Shown: piece after piece, positions 39,601 to 51,380 of the stretch
How positions within the stretch are numbered: position 1 is the stretch's first letter
How the letters are laid out: the number at the start of each line of letters is the position of its first letter
Assembly (NCBI GenBank): GCA_028534125.1
Contig: CM052818.1
Span: 34,102,001 to 34,166,000, forward strand
DNA length: 64,000 bases
Origin: Lama glama
Taxonomy: Eukaryota
Direction of reading: 5' to 3'
Program-made: the position numbers and the translations under genes
Notes under the pieces: generated by a model
What the model was told of the DNA's origin: nothing
The model's database searches: none
What the model saw: only the letters and a program-made list of their open reading frames with translations

Positions 39601-41027
39601 TCCATCCTCTCCTGAATGCCTCCTCTCAACCAGCAGTGTCCCACATTCCCCAGGCCCGTCCCCCTCCCGCTTCTTTTCCTTTCTCTACACCTCATGTTAA
39701 CATTCTTTCCCTGCCTAAAGTCTAGGGCACACTCACAGCTTTCAGTGCCTCCTCCAGGCTGCGAAAGCGGCCTTGCTTCTGGTTCTGGTTGGCGAGGGTC
39801 GCTACCTTCTTAGTCTGTTTCTTGTTCCCCGGCTTTTTAGGCTCCACAGCAGGGGGTGGAACCTGCTCCTTATTCTGCCGCTTCATGATTTTCTCAAAGC
39901 CCCGCTCGTACAGAGTGCTTGTCGTCTGGATTGGAGCTGGAGTGATGACAGGCAGAGAAAGGGGGCCTGCCTTGAGTCACGAGGGCCTCAGAGGAGCAGT
40001 GGTCCCTTCCCCTGAGGAGCCTGCCTCAAAGCCCCTTCTTGCTGTTCTGCTTAAGAAGCCGGGCAGGGAGCCCTCCTGGTTGATTCTTTCAATCATCACA
40101 GCTCTTGAGTTCATGGGCTTTCACAGAGATGAGGCATTTCTTCATTAGGAAATCAGAGTATGTGAGAACTGGAGGAGTTGGGCACAGAGGGCTGGCTACT
40201 TTGTTGGATGGCTACCAGTCTGGGAGATCAGGATTTTCCCGTCTTGGTTCTATCCCAATTCCTCTTGGTTCAGATGTGACAACTCTATAATCAACAAGTG
40301 GCAAGATTTCTCCACTCTTTCAGGATGCTTCGAGGAAAAAGGCACCACTTAGAAAAATACTTGGTGAATGTGGAGAGTGTGTGGTGGGTCATTTCTGTCG
40401 CTGCACGGCCTAGTGTGTCCCAGTCCTCATCCCCATCCCCGACCTGCTGGTTACTTATGGAGGGGACAACATGTAGGATGCACCAGGATGTCTCTCCCTA
40501 GCTTTCGGACACCTGCAAGGAGAGGCCAGGCTAGGACCTGGGAAGAGCTGGTAGGGCGTGTGTACAGTCAGCTGAGCGTCCGAAGACCAGAATCCCGGAT
40601 CCCTCCGATATATGATCCTGGGAAAGGCATCTAACTTCGGGGAGCCTCAGTTACTCATCTGCGAGGTAAGGACAGCGACCTACCTCGCGGCGTCTACCTC
40701 TTGAGAGGCTCAAGAGAGACAACGCCGGCGTAGTGCCGGCTCAACTGGGAGGTACCAAACGGCTGAAGAGCTCGCGCCTCGAGAAGCCCAGGGGTATTGT
40801 GACCCTCTGGGCTCCGGTGGCTGCTCGCTACAACCTGGGGGGTGCAGGCCCGGGGCCGGCGGCGGGCCGGGTGGGTACTCACGGGTCAAGTCGTACTTCC
40901 ACACTCCATTCGCCTCCCCGAGCGCCCGGCGGTCCCCTCCGCCGCCTTTACCACTGCCGCCGGCCCCATGCCGCCGCCCCTTCTTCACTACCTCCCAGCG
41001 CCCCCCACCCGCCGTCCTGGCCGCCAT
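33501..41027 (-). CDS. TMEM214: Transmembrane protein 214 (687 aa)
   Basis: join(40883..41027,39737..39936,39058..39208,38621..38755,38307..38389,37760..37865,37572..37653,37167..37268,36653..36794,36134..36225,35792..35840,35482..35595,35134..35251,34479..34575,34117..34285,33843..33994,33501..33627) = 2064 nt; MAARTAGGGRWEVVKKG...DWALTMISQQ*. Confidence 0.95.
33843..33994 (-). CDS. TMEM214: TMEM214 exon 16
   Basis: LQIQFPDALNQLLHSLRELLLFLYQNVLLPMWH...HCHKAC. Confidence 0.92.
34117..34285 (-). CDS. TMEM214: TMEM214 exon 15
   Basis: WLEETLPAWGSHLLTMVRPSL...DSLTSLSQR. Confidence 0.93.
34479..34575 (-). CDS. TMEM214: TMEM214 exon 14
   Basis: SLSGWLLHSSGFLPAGQQACMRIYSYSLQGY. Confidence 0.92.
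35134..35251 (-). CDS. TMEM214: TMEM214 exon 13 (transmembrane segment)
   Basis: RLLQQARGFRLPWTRLLLLVLVFAIGFLCHDFRSHSSFQ. Confidence 0.93.
35482..35595 (-). CDS. TMEM214: TMEM214 exon 12
   Basis: TQKSLQETIQSFKLTNQELLRKG...CDMACK. Confidence 0.93.
35792..35840 (-). CDS. TMEM214: TMEM214 exon 11
   Basis: LLLEHLLRSWEQIPKK. Confidence 0.92.
36134..36225 (-). CDS. TMEM214: TMEM214 exon 10 (GC donor)
   Basis: LLSSLTECLMVDPLSTSVWRQLYPKHLSQS; frame requires AG|GCAGGT. Confidence 0.88.
36653..36794 (-). CDS. TMEM214: TMEM214 exon 9
   Basis: LQEQLCQLYPRLKVLAFGAKPESTLHTYFPSFLSRATPSCPPEMKKE. Confidence 0.94.
37167..37268 (-). CDS. TMEM214: TMEM214 exon 8
   Basis: MHPNLTKGFGMIGPKDFFPLLDFAYMPNNSLTP. 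Confidence 0.94.
37572..37653 (-). CDS. TMEM214: TMEM214 exon 7
   Basis: WLGIMLPVLGIKSLSPFAIAYLDRLL. Confidence 0.94.
37760..37865 (-). CDS. TMEM214: TMEM214 exon 6
   Basis: FLELLRSHQSRPAKCLTIMWALGQAGFANLTEGLK. Confidence 0.94.
38307..38389 (-). CDS. TMEM214: TMEM214 exon 5
   Basis: ESLHGYRICIQAILQDKPKIATTNLGK. Confidence 0.94.
38621..38755 (-). CDS. TMEM214: TMEM214 exon 4
   Basis: YPYSLVSRELRGIIRGLLAKAAGCLELFFDHCLFTMLQELDKTP. Confidence 0.94.
39058..39208 (-). CDS. TMEM214: TMEM214 exon 3
   Basis: LDMAALQRELDKSQSVFSGNPSVWLKDLASYLNYKLQ... Confidence 0.94.
39737..39936 (-). CDS. TMEM214: TMEM214 exon 2
   Basis: PIQTTSTLYERGFEKIMKRQNKEQVPPPAVEPKK...FRSLEEALKA. Confidence 0.94.
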
Positions 41028-41230
41028 GGCTCCGACCCTCCCGCCACGGCCACCTCCCTGGGCTTTCCCGTCCGGTTCGGACGCGCCACGCTCTGCCACG
41101 TCTCCTCGCAGGGCCTCTCGGCGCGTGACGCCACCCGCAAGGCAGCCTGGGACTTGTAGTCTTTCCGTGTTTGCAGGGTTCTGCCTAGCAAAGGGTCTGA
41201 TGGGCGTTCGGGCTCCTTCGCAGCCAAAAA
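40680..41230 (-). promoter_or_regulatory. TMEM214 CpG-island promoter
   Basis: CpG-rich; TGCCACGTC at 41094-41102 and TGACG half-site near 41126. Confidence 0.7.
40883..41027 (-). CDS. TMEM214: TMEM214 exon 1
   Basis: MAARTAGGGRWEVVKKGRR...ALGEANGVWKYDLT; gccATGG Kozak. Confidence 0.94.
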
Positions 41231-41555
41231 CAGCCTGGCAAAGATGTTGAAATGGGAGGCTATTATGTTCAGAATACTTTTATTGAGCACCTACTGTGTG
41301 AAGACATTGGTGACTCGGTGGAAATTTAACTGTTTCTGTTTTTCTTTCAGTTCTAGTTGTGCAAGGAGGATGGAATGAAAATAGTTCTCCTTACCTCCCA
41401 GGAGAGTCTGAAGAGTAAATACGTCCTTCCTTCTAGGAAAATGCTAGTGTTTCTGTTCCTAGGAATTAACTTTGGGTATAATGGGCTATAAAAATCTATT
41501 GTGAAGGGTCAAGGAAGAGGATGGAGCTTGTGGGAATATGCAATGAGTGGAGGGC

Positions 41556-41597
41556 AGGAAGCTAGGAGTGGAGAGTAGGAAGCTAGGAGTGGAGAGT
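41556..41597. repeat. Perfect 21-bp tandem duplication
   Basis: AGGAAGCTAGGAGTGGAGAGT x2. Confidence 0.9.
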
Positions 41598-43194
41598 TCT
41601 TCTGATAGGAGGCAGAGAAAAGTCTGGGGGCCTGGGACAGTCAGGGCTGGGTTTCCCCTTCCAGGCAAGGTGAAAGAAGGGCTCTGACTGCCACCACAAG
41701 AGACAGTCCCAAGTCCCAGCTGTGACAGGGAATGATCAATCCTCAGCCCCAGACCTGAGGAACCACTCAAACAGGTTACTGCTTACACATTCACTATCTC
41801 TGGAGGGCCTTCCACCAGGCTTGTAGTATCATGTGAGTCCTCAAAACTTGAAGCATCCCAGTAGGAGAGGATGAGGGAAGGTGAACTGGAAGTGATTTAT
41901 CACAGTTAAGGAAATGTGCTATTTCATGCACACGCCTACATTTGAATATGAGATTCATACCTGCCATACTGGGGACAAGACAGAGAAGTCCTTATAGTAA
42001 GAACTAGGAGTCCAATTTCCCCAGGATGAATAGCTTAGAGAGTAATGAATTCCTTAGGAAGGAGATTAGAGAAGGCTTCCTGAAGGAGATGGCATCTGAG
42101 ATGGGTCTTGAGGAATTTTCATTGGTTGGGGATCAGGACAAGTGGAGAGAACAAGCCAGTTGTATGGATTTATTGGTTTAAGATAAGGCCTAGAGATGGG
42201 ACCCAGCAGGGCAAGGCTGGGAGAGTGGAAGTAGTTCAATGTGACAGTGCTTAATGGACTTTGGAGGTGATGAGGTTGGAAAGGGATCTGAGCCCCATAT
42301 GTCATGGGCCTTGCTTGCCAATTTCAAACTTTATCCTCTAGACCCTGGGAAGCCAGTAGGAAATTGGCATGATCCACTTTTGGAAAGGTAAATGGGGATA
42401 TATGAAGGATGAGTTGGGGTGGGGAAAAGATAGGAGGTGGGAGATAATAGCTCTTGCTTCTTCCTGCCTTCCCTCCAGCTCCTTCAGACCTGATCATAGC
42501 TGATTTTGCTTCAGGTAGCTCTGAGATGGAGTGCTTTTGCCAAGGACCATACCTGAGCTGATCATTAATCAGTTCATTTTTTTCAGATCATTGATTTAGC
42601 TCTACTCTGACAATATCCCCTTTGTTCTACCTCCTCTGTGTCACATGAATGGCTACAGAAAAGGCACTGTTTTTGGAAGAGAAACAGAACAGGCTTTCCA
42701 TAGACGCAAAGGAGAGTATTCCATGGTGGAGATATATAGAAGGGTGGGGAGGGGCTTTATTTCTATCGTTCCTTAGAATGGTCTGGTAGCTCATCTGTTG
42801 GAACTTGGCATGTAGGGGCTAGAAGTCATTCACTTACTTATCCAGCAGCATTTCCTAAGCACTTTCTCTACTTAAGCGCCTAGCACAGTGCTAGGTGGAG
42901 CTAGAAGACACACCTCACTTGCTTGAGAGGAACTCAAAGTCTGTGTGGGAGACAAATGTGTAAACAGAAAATTACAGTTCACTATCCCAAGTGTTCCAGA
43001 GGTTGGGGAGGAGGCAGCGGCTTTACATCCCTGAGCTCTGGGTGTTCGAAGAGCAGCCTAGCCATGGAAGTGGGCTTGGGCAGGTACTTACAGGGTTTGA
43101 GGGAACAGTCAAAAGACTGGATCAAGGAGGATGGCTGCGTGTCTAGTGTGGGGGCAAGAAGAAGAGTGAGCATACTGAAGCAGTTTGACCCACT

Positions 43195-43676
43195 CTATTA
43201 GTTTCCTGTTGTTGCTGTAACAAATTGCCACAAACTTAGTGGTTTAAAACAACACACACTTATTATCTTCCAGTTCTGAAAGGCAGAAGTCTGTCAGGGT
43301 CTCACTGGGCTAAAATACCATATCTGCAGGGCAGTGGTCCTTCGTGGAGGCTCTCAGGGAGAATATTTCCCTGTCTTTCCCAGCATCTAGAGGCTGACCG
43401 AATTCCTTTGCTCATAGCTCCCTTCTGTCTTCAAAACCAGCAACAGCGGGTCAAGTCCTCCTCACACTGCATCACTCTGACCTCCTGCCCCACCCCCACC
43501 CCCATTTTATGGACCCTTGCAGTTAAGTTGGGCCCACCTGGATAATCCAGGATACTCTCCCTATTTTCAGGTCAATTGATAAGCAACTTAATTCCATCTG
43601 CTCCTTTATTTCCCTTTGCCAGCTAACCTAACATAGCCAGAGGTTCCAGGGATTGTGATGTGGACATCTCTGAGGT
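43195..43676 (-). mobile_element. MLT1-type (ERVL-MaLR) solo LTR
   Basis: tattagtttcctgttgttgctgtaacaaattgccacaaacttagtggtttaaaacaac...gggcccacctggataatccagg. Confidence 0.85.
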
Positions 43677-44914
43677 CTCAGCTGGAAGATGAACATTGGG
43701 CAACGCAGAACAACTACCTTATCCTTTGACTTTACCTGGAGTAATGGAGGAAAAACCTTTTAAAATTAGGCACAGGAATTAAAAATCATAAAGATAAATA
43801 AAAGCAGGCAAGGAACTTGGAGGAGAAAAATAGAAGAAGGCCAGAAGTCTCTGTATGTGGGGGTGAGAGTCAAACGGAGAAAGTGAAGTGAATGAGGAAT
43901 GAACACGCATAGTTTACTTATTTCAGGCTTATAACTGGAGTCATTGGAGAAATGGTGGCAGTCTGGAAGGAGGGTCATGGGGCAGGGCCACGGAAGAAAC
44001 ACAACTCCCATGGTATCTTGGTCACACTCAGGACGGCAAGGAAACATCTACCTGAAGCTAGAGGAACATTCTGGGGGTCACACCTCTATGGTATTAGGGG
44101 ATGAGCCCTGAACGATGAATCAGGAGGACTGAATTCTAGTCCTGGTTTTTACCACCTCGAGTGAGCCATGTCGCATGCAGGTCTCAGTCCCCTCATCAGT
44201 AAATGAGGAGCTGGTCTATATGGCAACCAAGGCTCTGTTTGAATGGGCCTGGTACCACATTGATTTCAGCGCCCTCGTTCCCTGTTGGGCCTCCAGGACA
44301 TTGGTTATGATGGTGCTTGGCCAGGGCGCCCACCAGGAACGCAGGCCTGTGTGAATGTGACAGAGTTCCCCGCTGCTGGTTCCCATTAGAGCCTGTTCTG
44401 TAGAAGGAACCCCTTGGACATTGCTGTCCTTCTGGGCTTTGGTGCTTAGAGCTGCTTGCTCTTTGTAACCCACTCAGCTCTGTCACATGAGCCCTTGCCC
44501 CCATCTGGATCACTGTTGTGGGGTGTGTGAGCTTCGACAAGGGTGGGGGACAATATGCAGTCTTACCAGCCCAAAGGAGACTGAAATGCAGCACCTTTCA
44601 GTCAGGTCCCCCATTACCCCAGAGCTGCCCATCATCACGGCCATGGCCTTGAACTTCATTCCTCTTCAGGGACTGGGGGTCGGGGTCCCTGTGCCTTCTC
44701 TAAGAGGCCTGGCAGCAGTGTTGGGAGATGGGGACCAGGTCGGAGCTTGGCTCTGAGGTGAAGCCAGTGGTGGTTTCTGGGCCAGAGGGAGGACGGCAGT
44801 GGTGCTGAGCTCCACGGCCATCACCTCTGAAGAGGCGGCTGCTCAGGAGGAAAGCACTGAGACCAGGCTGTGGCTCAGTTGAGGGAGACATGGCATGGAC
44901 TTTTACCACACAAG

Positions 44915-44920
44915 TTTATT
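44915..44920 (-). promoter_or_regulatory. MAPRE3 poly(A) signal
   Basis: AATAAA on minus strand about 840 nt after the stop, followed by CTTGTGTGGT. Confidence 0.75.
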
Positions 44921-45762
44921 TAAATAAAAGTGAACACATATGCAGGCTGGGTGGCCCGAGGGGCAGGGGTTGGGGAGGCGGGCAGAGAGGAGGCAGACAT
45001 ACAGGAAGGTCCAGGCAGAGTCTGTGTGGTATGAACCAAGCTGCAGGGGGAGTGGCTGGGGGCCTCGGGGCAGTGCTGGGCTTCGGTGCTGGGGGCAGGG
45101 GCCAAGGGTGGGTGAGCCTGGTGCCAGGAGGTCGTTTTCATCCCTCGCACGCTCCCCTCCCTCTCCCTGACCACCGGGGCCTAAGGTACCCCCTCCTCAG
45201 TCCCCCATCCCTCTCCTGACATCATCGGCCTTCCCCTCAACTACTGGGAAGTCAAAAGACAAAATAAATAAGAATCGGTGAGTCCTGCCATGGCCCTGGC
45301 AACGGGGAAGGGAAGCCAAGCCAGGCACGCTGCCCTGGAGCCCGTGCTGTCAGCCCTGGGAAAAGAACAGGTAAAGTGCAAGGAAAATCCAGTAAGTAAA
45401 AATATACCAATGACTTTGTCAAATATACAGCTGCTGGCTGTCAGGGGAGCAGGCGGCTGGCTGGGGTGGGTGGCAGTGGCACCCTGGGAAGTGTTGGCCG
45501 ACACAGCATAAAGACAACGGAAATAAATAGGGGTGGGGAGTGGGCAGGGGTCCCGCCCACTGGGCCTGTGCCACAGGAGGAGGGGCCTCTGCCTGCTCAC
45601 CTGCCCCGTCCCCCTAAGCCCTGCTCACCAGGCTCCCGAAAGCTGCGGCACTGACAGAAAGCACCCGGCCGACTGGCTGTCAGGAAAGGATTATAATGTG
45701 GGGGTGGGAGCGGGGTGGGGAGGCACGGAAAGCCGTGCAGTCAGCCAGGGCTGGAGCTGCCC

Positions 45763-45831
45763 TCAGTACTCGTCCTGGTCTTCCTGTTGGTGTTCCTCAA
45801 TCTCATCGTCCTCAGGGGGTGCGAATCCTTC
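45763..45831 (-). CDS. MAPRE3: MAPRE3 last coding exon
   Basis: [22 protein letters not shown]. Confidence 0.95.
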   Translation of the reverse strand, partial: EGFAPPEDDEIEEHQQEDQDEY

Positions 45832-48800
45832 CTGGAGGGTGGGAAGGGAGAGAAGTGGTGAGCCGGCCTGCAGGCTGAGGGTATGGACTCCTATAGGCAG
45901 CTTGGGGGCCAGGGTCTGAGTTCTAGTCCTGCTCCCCCTGCTCACGCTCTACGTGACCTCGGACTGGTGACTTCAGCTCGCTGCCCTCCTCAGCCCACAT
46001 TCTCCAAGGCTCCTTCCAGGCCCACCCCTTCAGGTCTTGGGGCTGGGCGGGATGGGGAAAGCCCCAGCAGGTGCTGGCAGATCTTACCTCGGTGGCATAG
46101 AGAATGCCAATGATGCCCGAGATGACAGGGCTGTTCTCACTTTCGTGTTCCTGGCAGATGAGCTCAATATCTCGAAGTTTGCTGAAGTAGAAGTCACGCT
46201 CCTTCTCCAGCCCGTCCACTGTCAGCTTCAAGTCCAATAGCTGCTCGGGGAGAAGTTGGCATTCAAACCAGAGCCCCCCCCCCCGCAGACTCCCTTCCCA
46301 CCTGACGCCCCAGGGGCCTGGCTTTTGTGGCAGGGCTGTGTCAGCTGGCCTTGTTCACCCCACTCACCTGCTGGTTGAGTTCAAGAATCTGGGCATCAGT
46401 CTCATGGCCACCATTTCGGGCTGATGGAGGATTCTTCCGGAGGATGCAGGGTGGAGCCACGTTGCTCAGCCGGCCAGAGGTCTGCGTATTTTTGGGGCCT
46501 GTGGGGGACGTCCTCTGTGGAACTGCCCAGAGGAGAAAAGTCAGATGGGGCCACACGAGCCCATAGTTCACATGGCATGAGACAGCCTGGTGTGACTGCT
46601 GGGCAGGCCCATGCGAAAAGCAGGCACTCTCGCCCTCCCCCTCTCCCGCTCAGGACGGGCATCTACATCTAGGCCCCAAGCCACAGCCACACGGGACACC
46701 ACAGCAGCTGGGCAGCCCTCTGGCAAGCCTGGGAGAGCAGGGACTAGGGAACTAAAGAAGATGGAAGGTGTGGGGAGGGAGGAGAGCTGGCCTGAGGGGG
46801 AGGTGAGGGAAACTGGGATGGTGAATTTGGGGAGTGGGGCTGGAGGGTTGAGGACCCTCTTAGACTGATAGCTGGGGCCTGAGGAAAAGCAGCCGGCACA
46901 GGGTCTCAAGTCTGGCTCTCACTGGGTCCTTCCTCACAGAAGCCCCAGCCCATAGCCACCCTCCCTGTGGGTGACCTCAGAGTCTCAAGACTGGAAGAGA
47001 CACAGAAGCCTGGCCCTGTCCCTGTGGGCCCCCCGCCTCAGGACAGGCTCTGTACCCTCCGCTGGGCTGACTCCGGCCCCCAGCTCCTCCCCCGCACACC
47101 CAGCATGCTGTGGCCACTTGTTTTTTAGCTATGGCAGCTCCCAAGACAGAGCTTCTAATGCAAAGCAAGCAGGTGAGTGGGGGCAGGCCCAGGCAGGGCA
47201 GCAGCGCAAACAGAGGAGCCGCTCTGCTATGACGGGTTCAGATGCGGGCTGGGGCTGCTCCTCTCTCTTCATCTCGCCGACCCTCGTATCCCCCAAAGGC
47301 CCTGTTGCTTTTTCCCCTTCTCTTCCAGAACCCAGACAATGCCTGGTTTCTAGAGACTCAGCTCTTGAGGACTTTGGGCAGTGGGCTTTTGGAATGGTGG
47401 AAGATACAGTCAAGCTTGGTAAACTCCCATCCCAGGCGTCCAGTGGGCAGAGGGCAGGAAGAGTCTGTAGTGCTGGCACCGGGCCCTTGGCCTGGATGGA
47501 CCAGGATGGAGGAATGATGCCTCATCATCCACGAGGCAAACAAGTTAGCTGGGGCCACAGAAGGAAGTGCCCTGGAGCCTCCCACCACCAGCTGCCACCT
47601 TGGCTGGTGCCGGTGGCTCTCCTGTAGCAATCTTTGGAGGCCTGTCCTCCCTACTGTGACTCCCCCTCGTCTAAGCGGGCAGCAGACGGCGTCATCTGAA
47701 CTCCGTGATAACAGTCTCCTCTAGGCTGGCAGGGCCGGGCCGGTGGCCCTGGGGGCACTCCTGGCTGTAGAGCCCAGCCGGCCCGGCCCCCCATACTCCC
47801 TCCCCCAGCTCGGGCACGTTACCTGCTGTGCCAATGAGTTTCTTGGATTTGTTGAAGATCTGATCACCTGGGTTAGGAGGTGGTGCTACGTCCTGGCCCT
47901 GCCGCGCCAGCAGAGGGTTGTAATCCTTTCCATCATAGTTTGCGTCAAAGAATTTCTTAAACCACTGAATAAACTCAAAATTATCTTGGAATTTTCCTTT
48001 CACTAATTTCTCTACAGGAATGATCTGAAATAGACCACATAAGCAGAGAACTTTAACCTCCTGCTGCTGGAGGGCTGCCTTCCTCTGTGAGAGGGCCTCT
48101 GCTCTCAGGAAAGCCAGCCCCTGGGCTGCAGCATCCTCCACCTTCTCCACCTGGCCCCCCTCCCGTGGCACCAGAGCAGATGAGTAGGCTGCCGGGGCTG
48201 GCCCGGGGTCCAGAGACAGCCCTTTCCTCCAGGCACAGGAGGAAATGTGTGGGGAGACATCCCTTGGTGCTGCTGCCTGCATGTGGAGTGAGGGCTGCCG
48301 GAACCAGGGTCCTGGGCCATCGAGGCAGTAGAGTGAGCCGAGAGTTTTCTCAGGCCCTACAGAGGAGGAACTTTATAGGAGTAGTATACCGAGCCTCAAG
48401 TGCTGGGGTGTAGGGTCCAGAGAGGAGGAAGGGACAGGAAGGTCATCAGGATGGGATGTCAAATGTTGTGGGGTTTGACCTGGGGGAACATTCCCCCTGG
48501 AGAGTCGGGGGGTGGAGAGGGGTGAGAGCTGGAATGACCCCAGCAGCCCCTCCTGCCCCAGCTGGCGGGCCGTCTTCTTCCCTGGGGTCACACCGCTTCT
48601 TGGGGCCCCTCAGAGCACAGGCACCTACTTTGTCAACACCCATCTTCTTGAAAGCTGCTTGCAGCACCTTGAAGTTGTGGATGTATTCGTGCTCTAGCTT
48701 GGCCTGGAACTTCACCTTCCTCAAGTGCACGCAGCCGGGGAAGAGCATGTCCATGAACTGGCAGTAGGCTGCCCCTGCGGGGAAGCCCGGGCTGCTCACT

Positions 48801-49544
48801 TTCATTTCCCTAGGCCCATGGGTGCCTACGCCTCTGAACTCCCCAGTCTCCTCTTGTCTCTCCTTGTTCCCAGGCCCAGGGCCAGTCCTACTTGCAGGAC
48901 AGACACGGCCAGAATTCCCAGGATGAGAGTGATTACTATATATTGACACAGTTATGTACCAGCACCGTCTCAAACACTGCATGTATGTAATTTAATCCCA
49001 ACTGCAACCCTGGCTAGATAGCTGATGTCATCTCTATTTATGGGTGGGAAAACTGAGACCCAGAGAGGTGGAGTGACTTGCCTAGGGTTGCACTACAAGA
49101 AGAGCTGCAGTTGGGACCCCCAGTAGCTAGACTGGACCTCAAGTGCTGATAACCTCTAGCTTCACCGCCTGCCCCCACTGCCCCACCCCTCCCGCAGCCC
49201 TTCACTGCGACTCTCCTGCTTTTCACTTCTGAATCTTTTCATTCTACGGAGACCCCTATTTATCTCCTTACTTCAACTGCAAACACTTTGACTAGTTGAG
49301 GGCTCTGCAGCTCTCCTCCTTAATGCTAATTACCAGCTACATTCTCTGCTGTGGCTGTTCTGCCTCCTGCCTTCCCTCTCTTGCCCTCCAGCAGGGCCCA
49401 CTTCCCGCATCCCAGCCTCCTACCTGAGCAGAGCTGTTCTATCTTGGTATAGTTGAGGTGCAGAGAGTCATTGACCCAAGCAAGCATATCATGGCGACTC
49501 AGATTCTCACTGGTCACAGACGTGGAGTACACATTGACGGCCAT
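45763..49544 (-). CDS. MAPRE3: Microtubule-associated protein RP/EB family member 3 (EB3), 281 aa
   Basis: join(49424..49544,48629..48774,47823..48024,46368..46522,46088..46240,45763..45831) = 846 nt; CH domain, EBH domain ([20 protein letters not shown]), acidic tail ending DEY. Confidence 0.97.
46088..46240 (-). CDS. MAPRE3: MAPRE3 coding exon 5
   Basis: [51 protein letters not shown]. Confidence 0.96.
46368..46522 (-). CDS. MAPRE3: MAPRE3 coding exon 4
   Basis: [51 protein letters not shown]. Confidence 0.96.
47823..48024 (-). CDS. MAPRE3: MAPRE3 coding exon 3
   Basis: [43 protein letters not shown]...KKLIGTA. Confidence 0.96.
48629..48774 (-). CDS. MAPRE3: MAPRE3 coding exon 2
   Basis: [48 protein letters not shown]. 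Confidence 0.96.
48940..49160. repeat. MIR SINE
   Basis: gggaaaactgagacccagagaggtggagtgacttgcctagggttgcac. Confidence 0.7.
49424..49544 (-). CDS. MAPRE3: MAPRE3 coding exon 1
   Basis: [40 protein letters not shown]; acceptor at 49551; the non-coding first exon appears to lie beyond the window. Confidence 0.96.
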
Positions 49545-51263
49545 ACCCCAGCTGCCAAGAAAGAAGAAAGGCAAGGTCAGCCCTTGTGCTGTTCTTTAGC
49601 TGCAAGGGGAGAAAGAGTTGTATGGCCCCTTGGAGAGTGAGAAGCATCTTTCTCCCAACCAGCAGTTTACCTCCTGGAGAAGGGGTACTTATTCACCCTT
49701 TACACATTTGGTGAGCGTCTACTATATGCTAGGCATGTGATAAGAACTGGTGAAGCCAGATGTGTCTTTGCCTCCGAGGAGTTTAGGGACGGACAAATCT
49801 CCACTGCAGGGCTGATGGGGCAGGAAAAGCAGCAGGGGCTGAGTTCAGGGATGGCACCAAGAAGGGAGTGATCTCTCCTGCTTGACAGGGTCTGCGAAGG
49901 CTTCAGAGCAGCTGGAAAGGAGTAGGAATTCCCTGAACATACAAGGGGGTGGGGTAAGGGCAGCGCAAGCCCCAGGACGAGCAAGAACAAAGGCATGGCT
50001 CATTCTGGACTCTGGGCGTTCAGCGGGCCTGGGAGCGGGTGTTTGTGTCGGGTGTGGTGCAGTGAAGTTGGAATGGACTGGCTTTGTTTACCATGAGAAG
50101 GAGCCTGGACTTTCTGCTTAAAAAAGGGAAGCCATTAGAGGATTTTAATCAGACAGTACCTGAACAGAGTTTTCTCTGACTTCAGACCCCATATCCCTGC
50201 GGCCTTCTGGCCAACCCACAGGCACCTCAATTCCACTTATCCAGAGACTTCCCTTCACACGTGCTTCTGCTCCTGTGTTTGTTACTGCAGTGAACGTTCC
50301 CACCAGTCACCCAGTCGCCTGCGATGGAAACCTGGAGGGGGTGTCTTCCCAGTCAGCCATTCATCAAGTCCAGCCGCTCTACCTTCCCAGCAGGCCCTGC
50401 TCTTCGCCACCTCTCCCGCCACCTCGGGGTTTCTGCATCCACTCTCTCAGGCCAGGGCTAGCAGAAGCCGCCTGGAAGGCCTTTCAGCCTCCAGTCTCTC
50501 CTTTCCCCAATCCATCCCTGACACTGCTGTGGTCAGAATCTATGTGAAAGCAGCCCTGGCCACACCGCTCCCCAGCTTAAAGCCCTTTCCATCAGCAGTC
50601 AAAAAACAAGACACCTATTGGCTGGATTTGCCTTCCAGACTTGAACTGTTTAGCACTCACAGTGTTGGAAACACTTTTGAATTAGTGCCCTATTTTAAAG
50701 TTGGGAAGTTTGACACAAACAATTTGGGATTTCTGCCTTCTTCTGGCAACCCTGGGCCTATGTTCCTGCACAGCAACCTACAGTTGGAGCTGAGCAGAGG
50801 CGCCCCCCTCTGGCCAGTAGGCATGAGCGCCTCCTTACCCTTCCCCCTCTCCCCCAGAGGTCAAGGGTCAGTTGCTGTTCATCACTGACTTGCACTGTTA
50901 AGAGAAGAGGGAACTATTTCTTGTAACTAGGTCTTAGTCAGAAATGGAAAACCAGACCAAAAGGACTGTGTATGTCAAGAATTGTGAAAGTATATATTTC
51001 TAGAGTGAACAATATTTCTCTAGGTTTCATGTGCAAAGTGTCTCTGTGAAGGAAGAATACACCCAGCTCACTTCTCTGTCCCCTGTGGGCATCTGCCCTT
51101 ATAATGTGGCCCCCTCCCATCACTGATCAAACTCCTAAACTGGCCTTCCGTCTCCAGTCCTGTCTCCTACTTTGGTCCCCGAGTCTGCAGCCACGGGCAG
51201 CTCCCTACTCACCCTTTGCCAGGAATGCAGCCCCCGCTTGCAGAGTCCACGCATTCTCTGCTC

Positions 51264-51380
51264 CAGAGGTTCTCAAACTGTGGTCTCTGGAGCAGCACTG
51301 ATGCTCTACAGGCATCAGCTTGCTAGAAATTCCAATTCTTGAGCCTCACCCCAGACCTACTGTGTCAGAAACTGCCCTTG
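51264..51380. mobile_element. MER5A-like DNA transposon fragment
   Basis: cagaggttctcaaactgtggt...gagcctcaccccagacctactgtgtcagaaact. Confidence 0.65.

Noticed and set aside
46971..47627. 218-aa + strand ORF in a MAPRE3 intron
   Set aside because: Non-ATG start, GC-rich composition, no recognisable domain; likely a chance ORF.
47692..47822. In-frame read-through of MAPRE3 coding exon 3 into the intron
   Set aside because: No nearby poly(A) signal seen and no recognisable conserved peptide.
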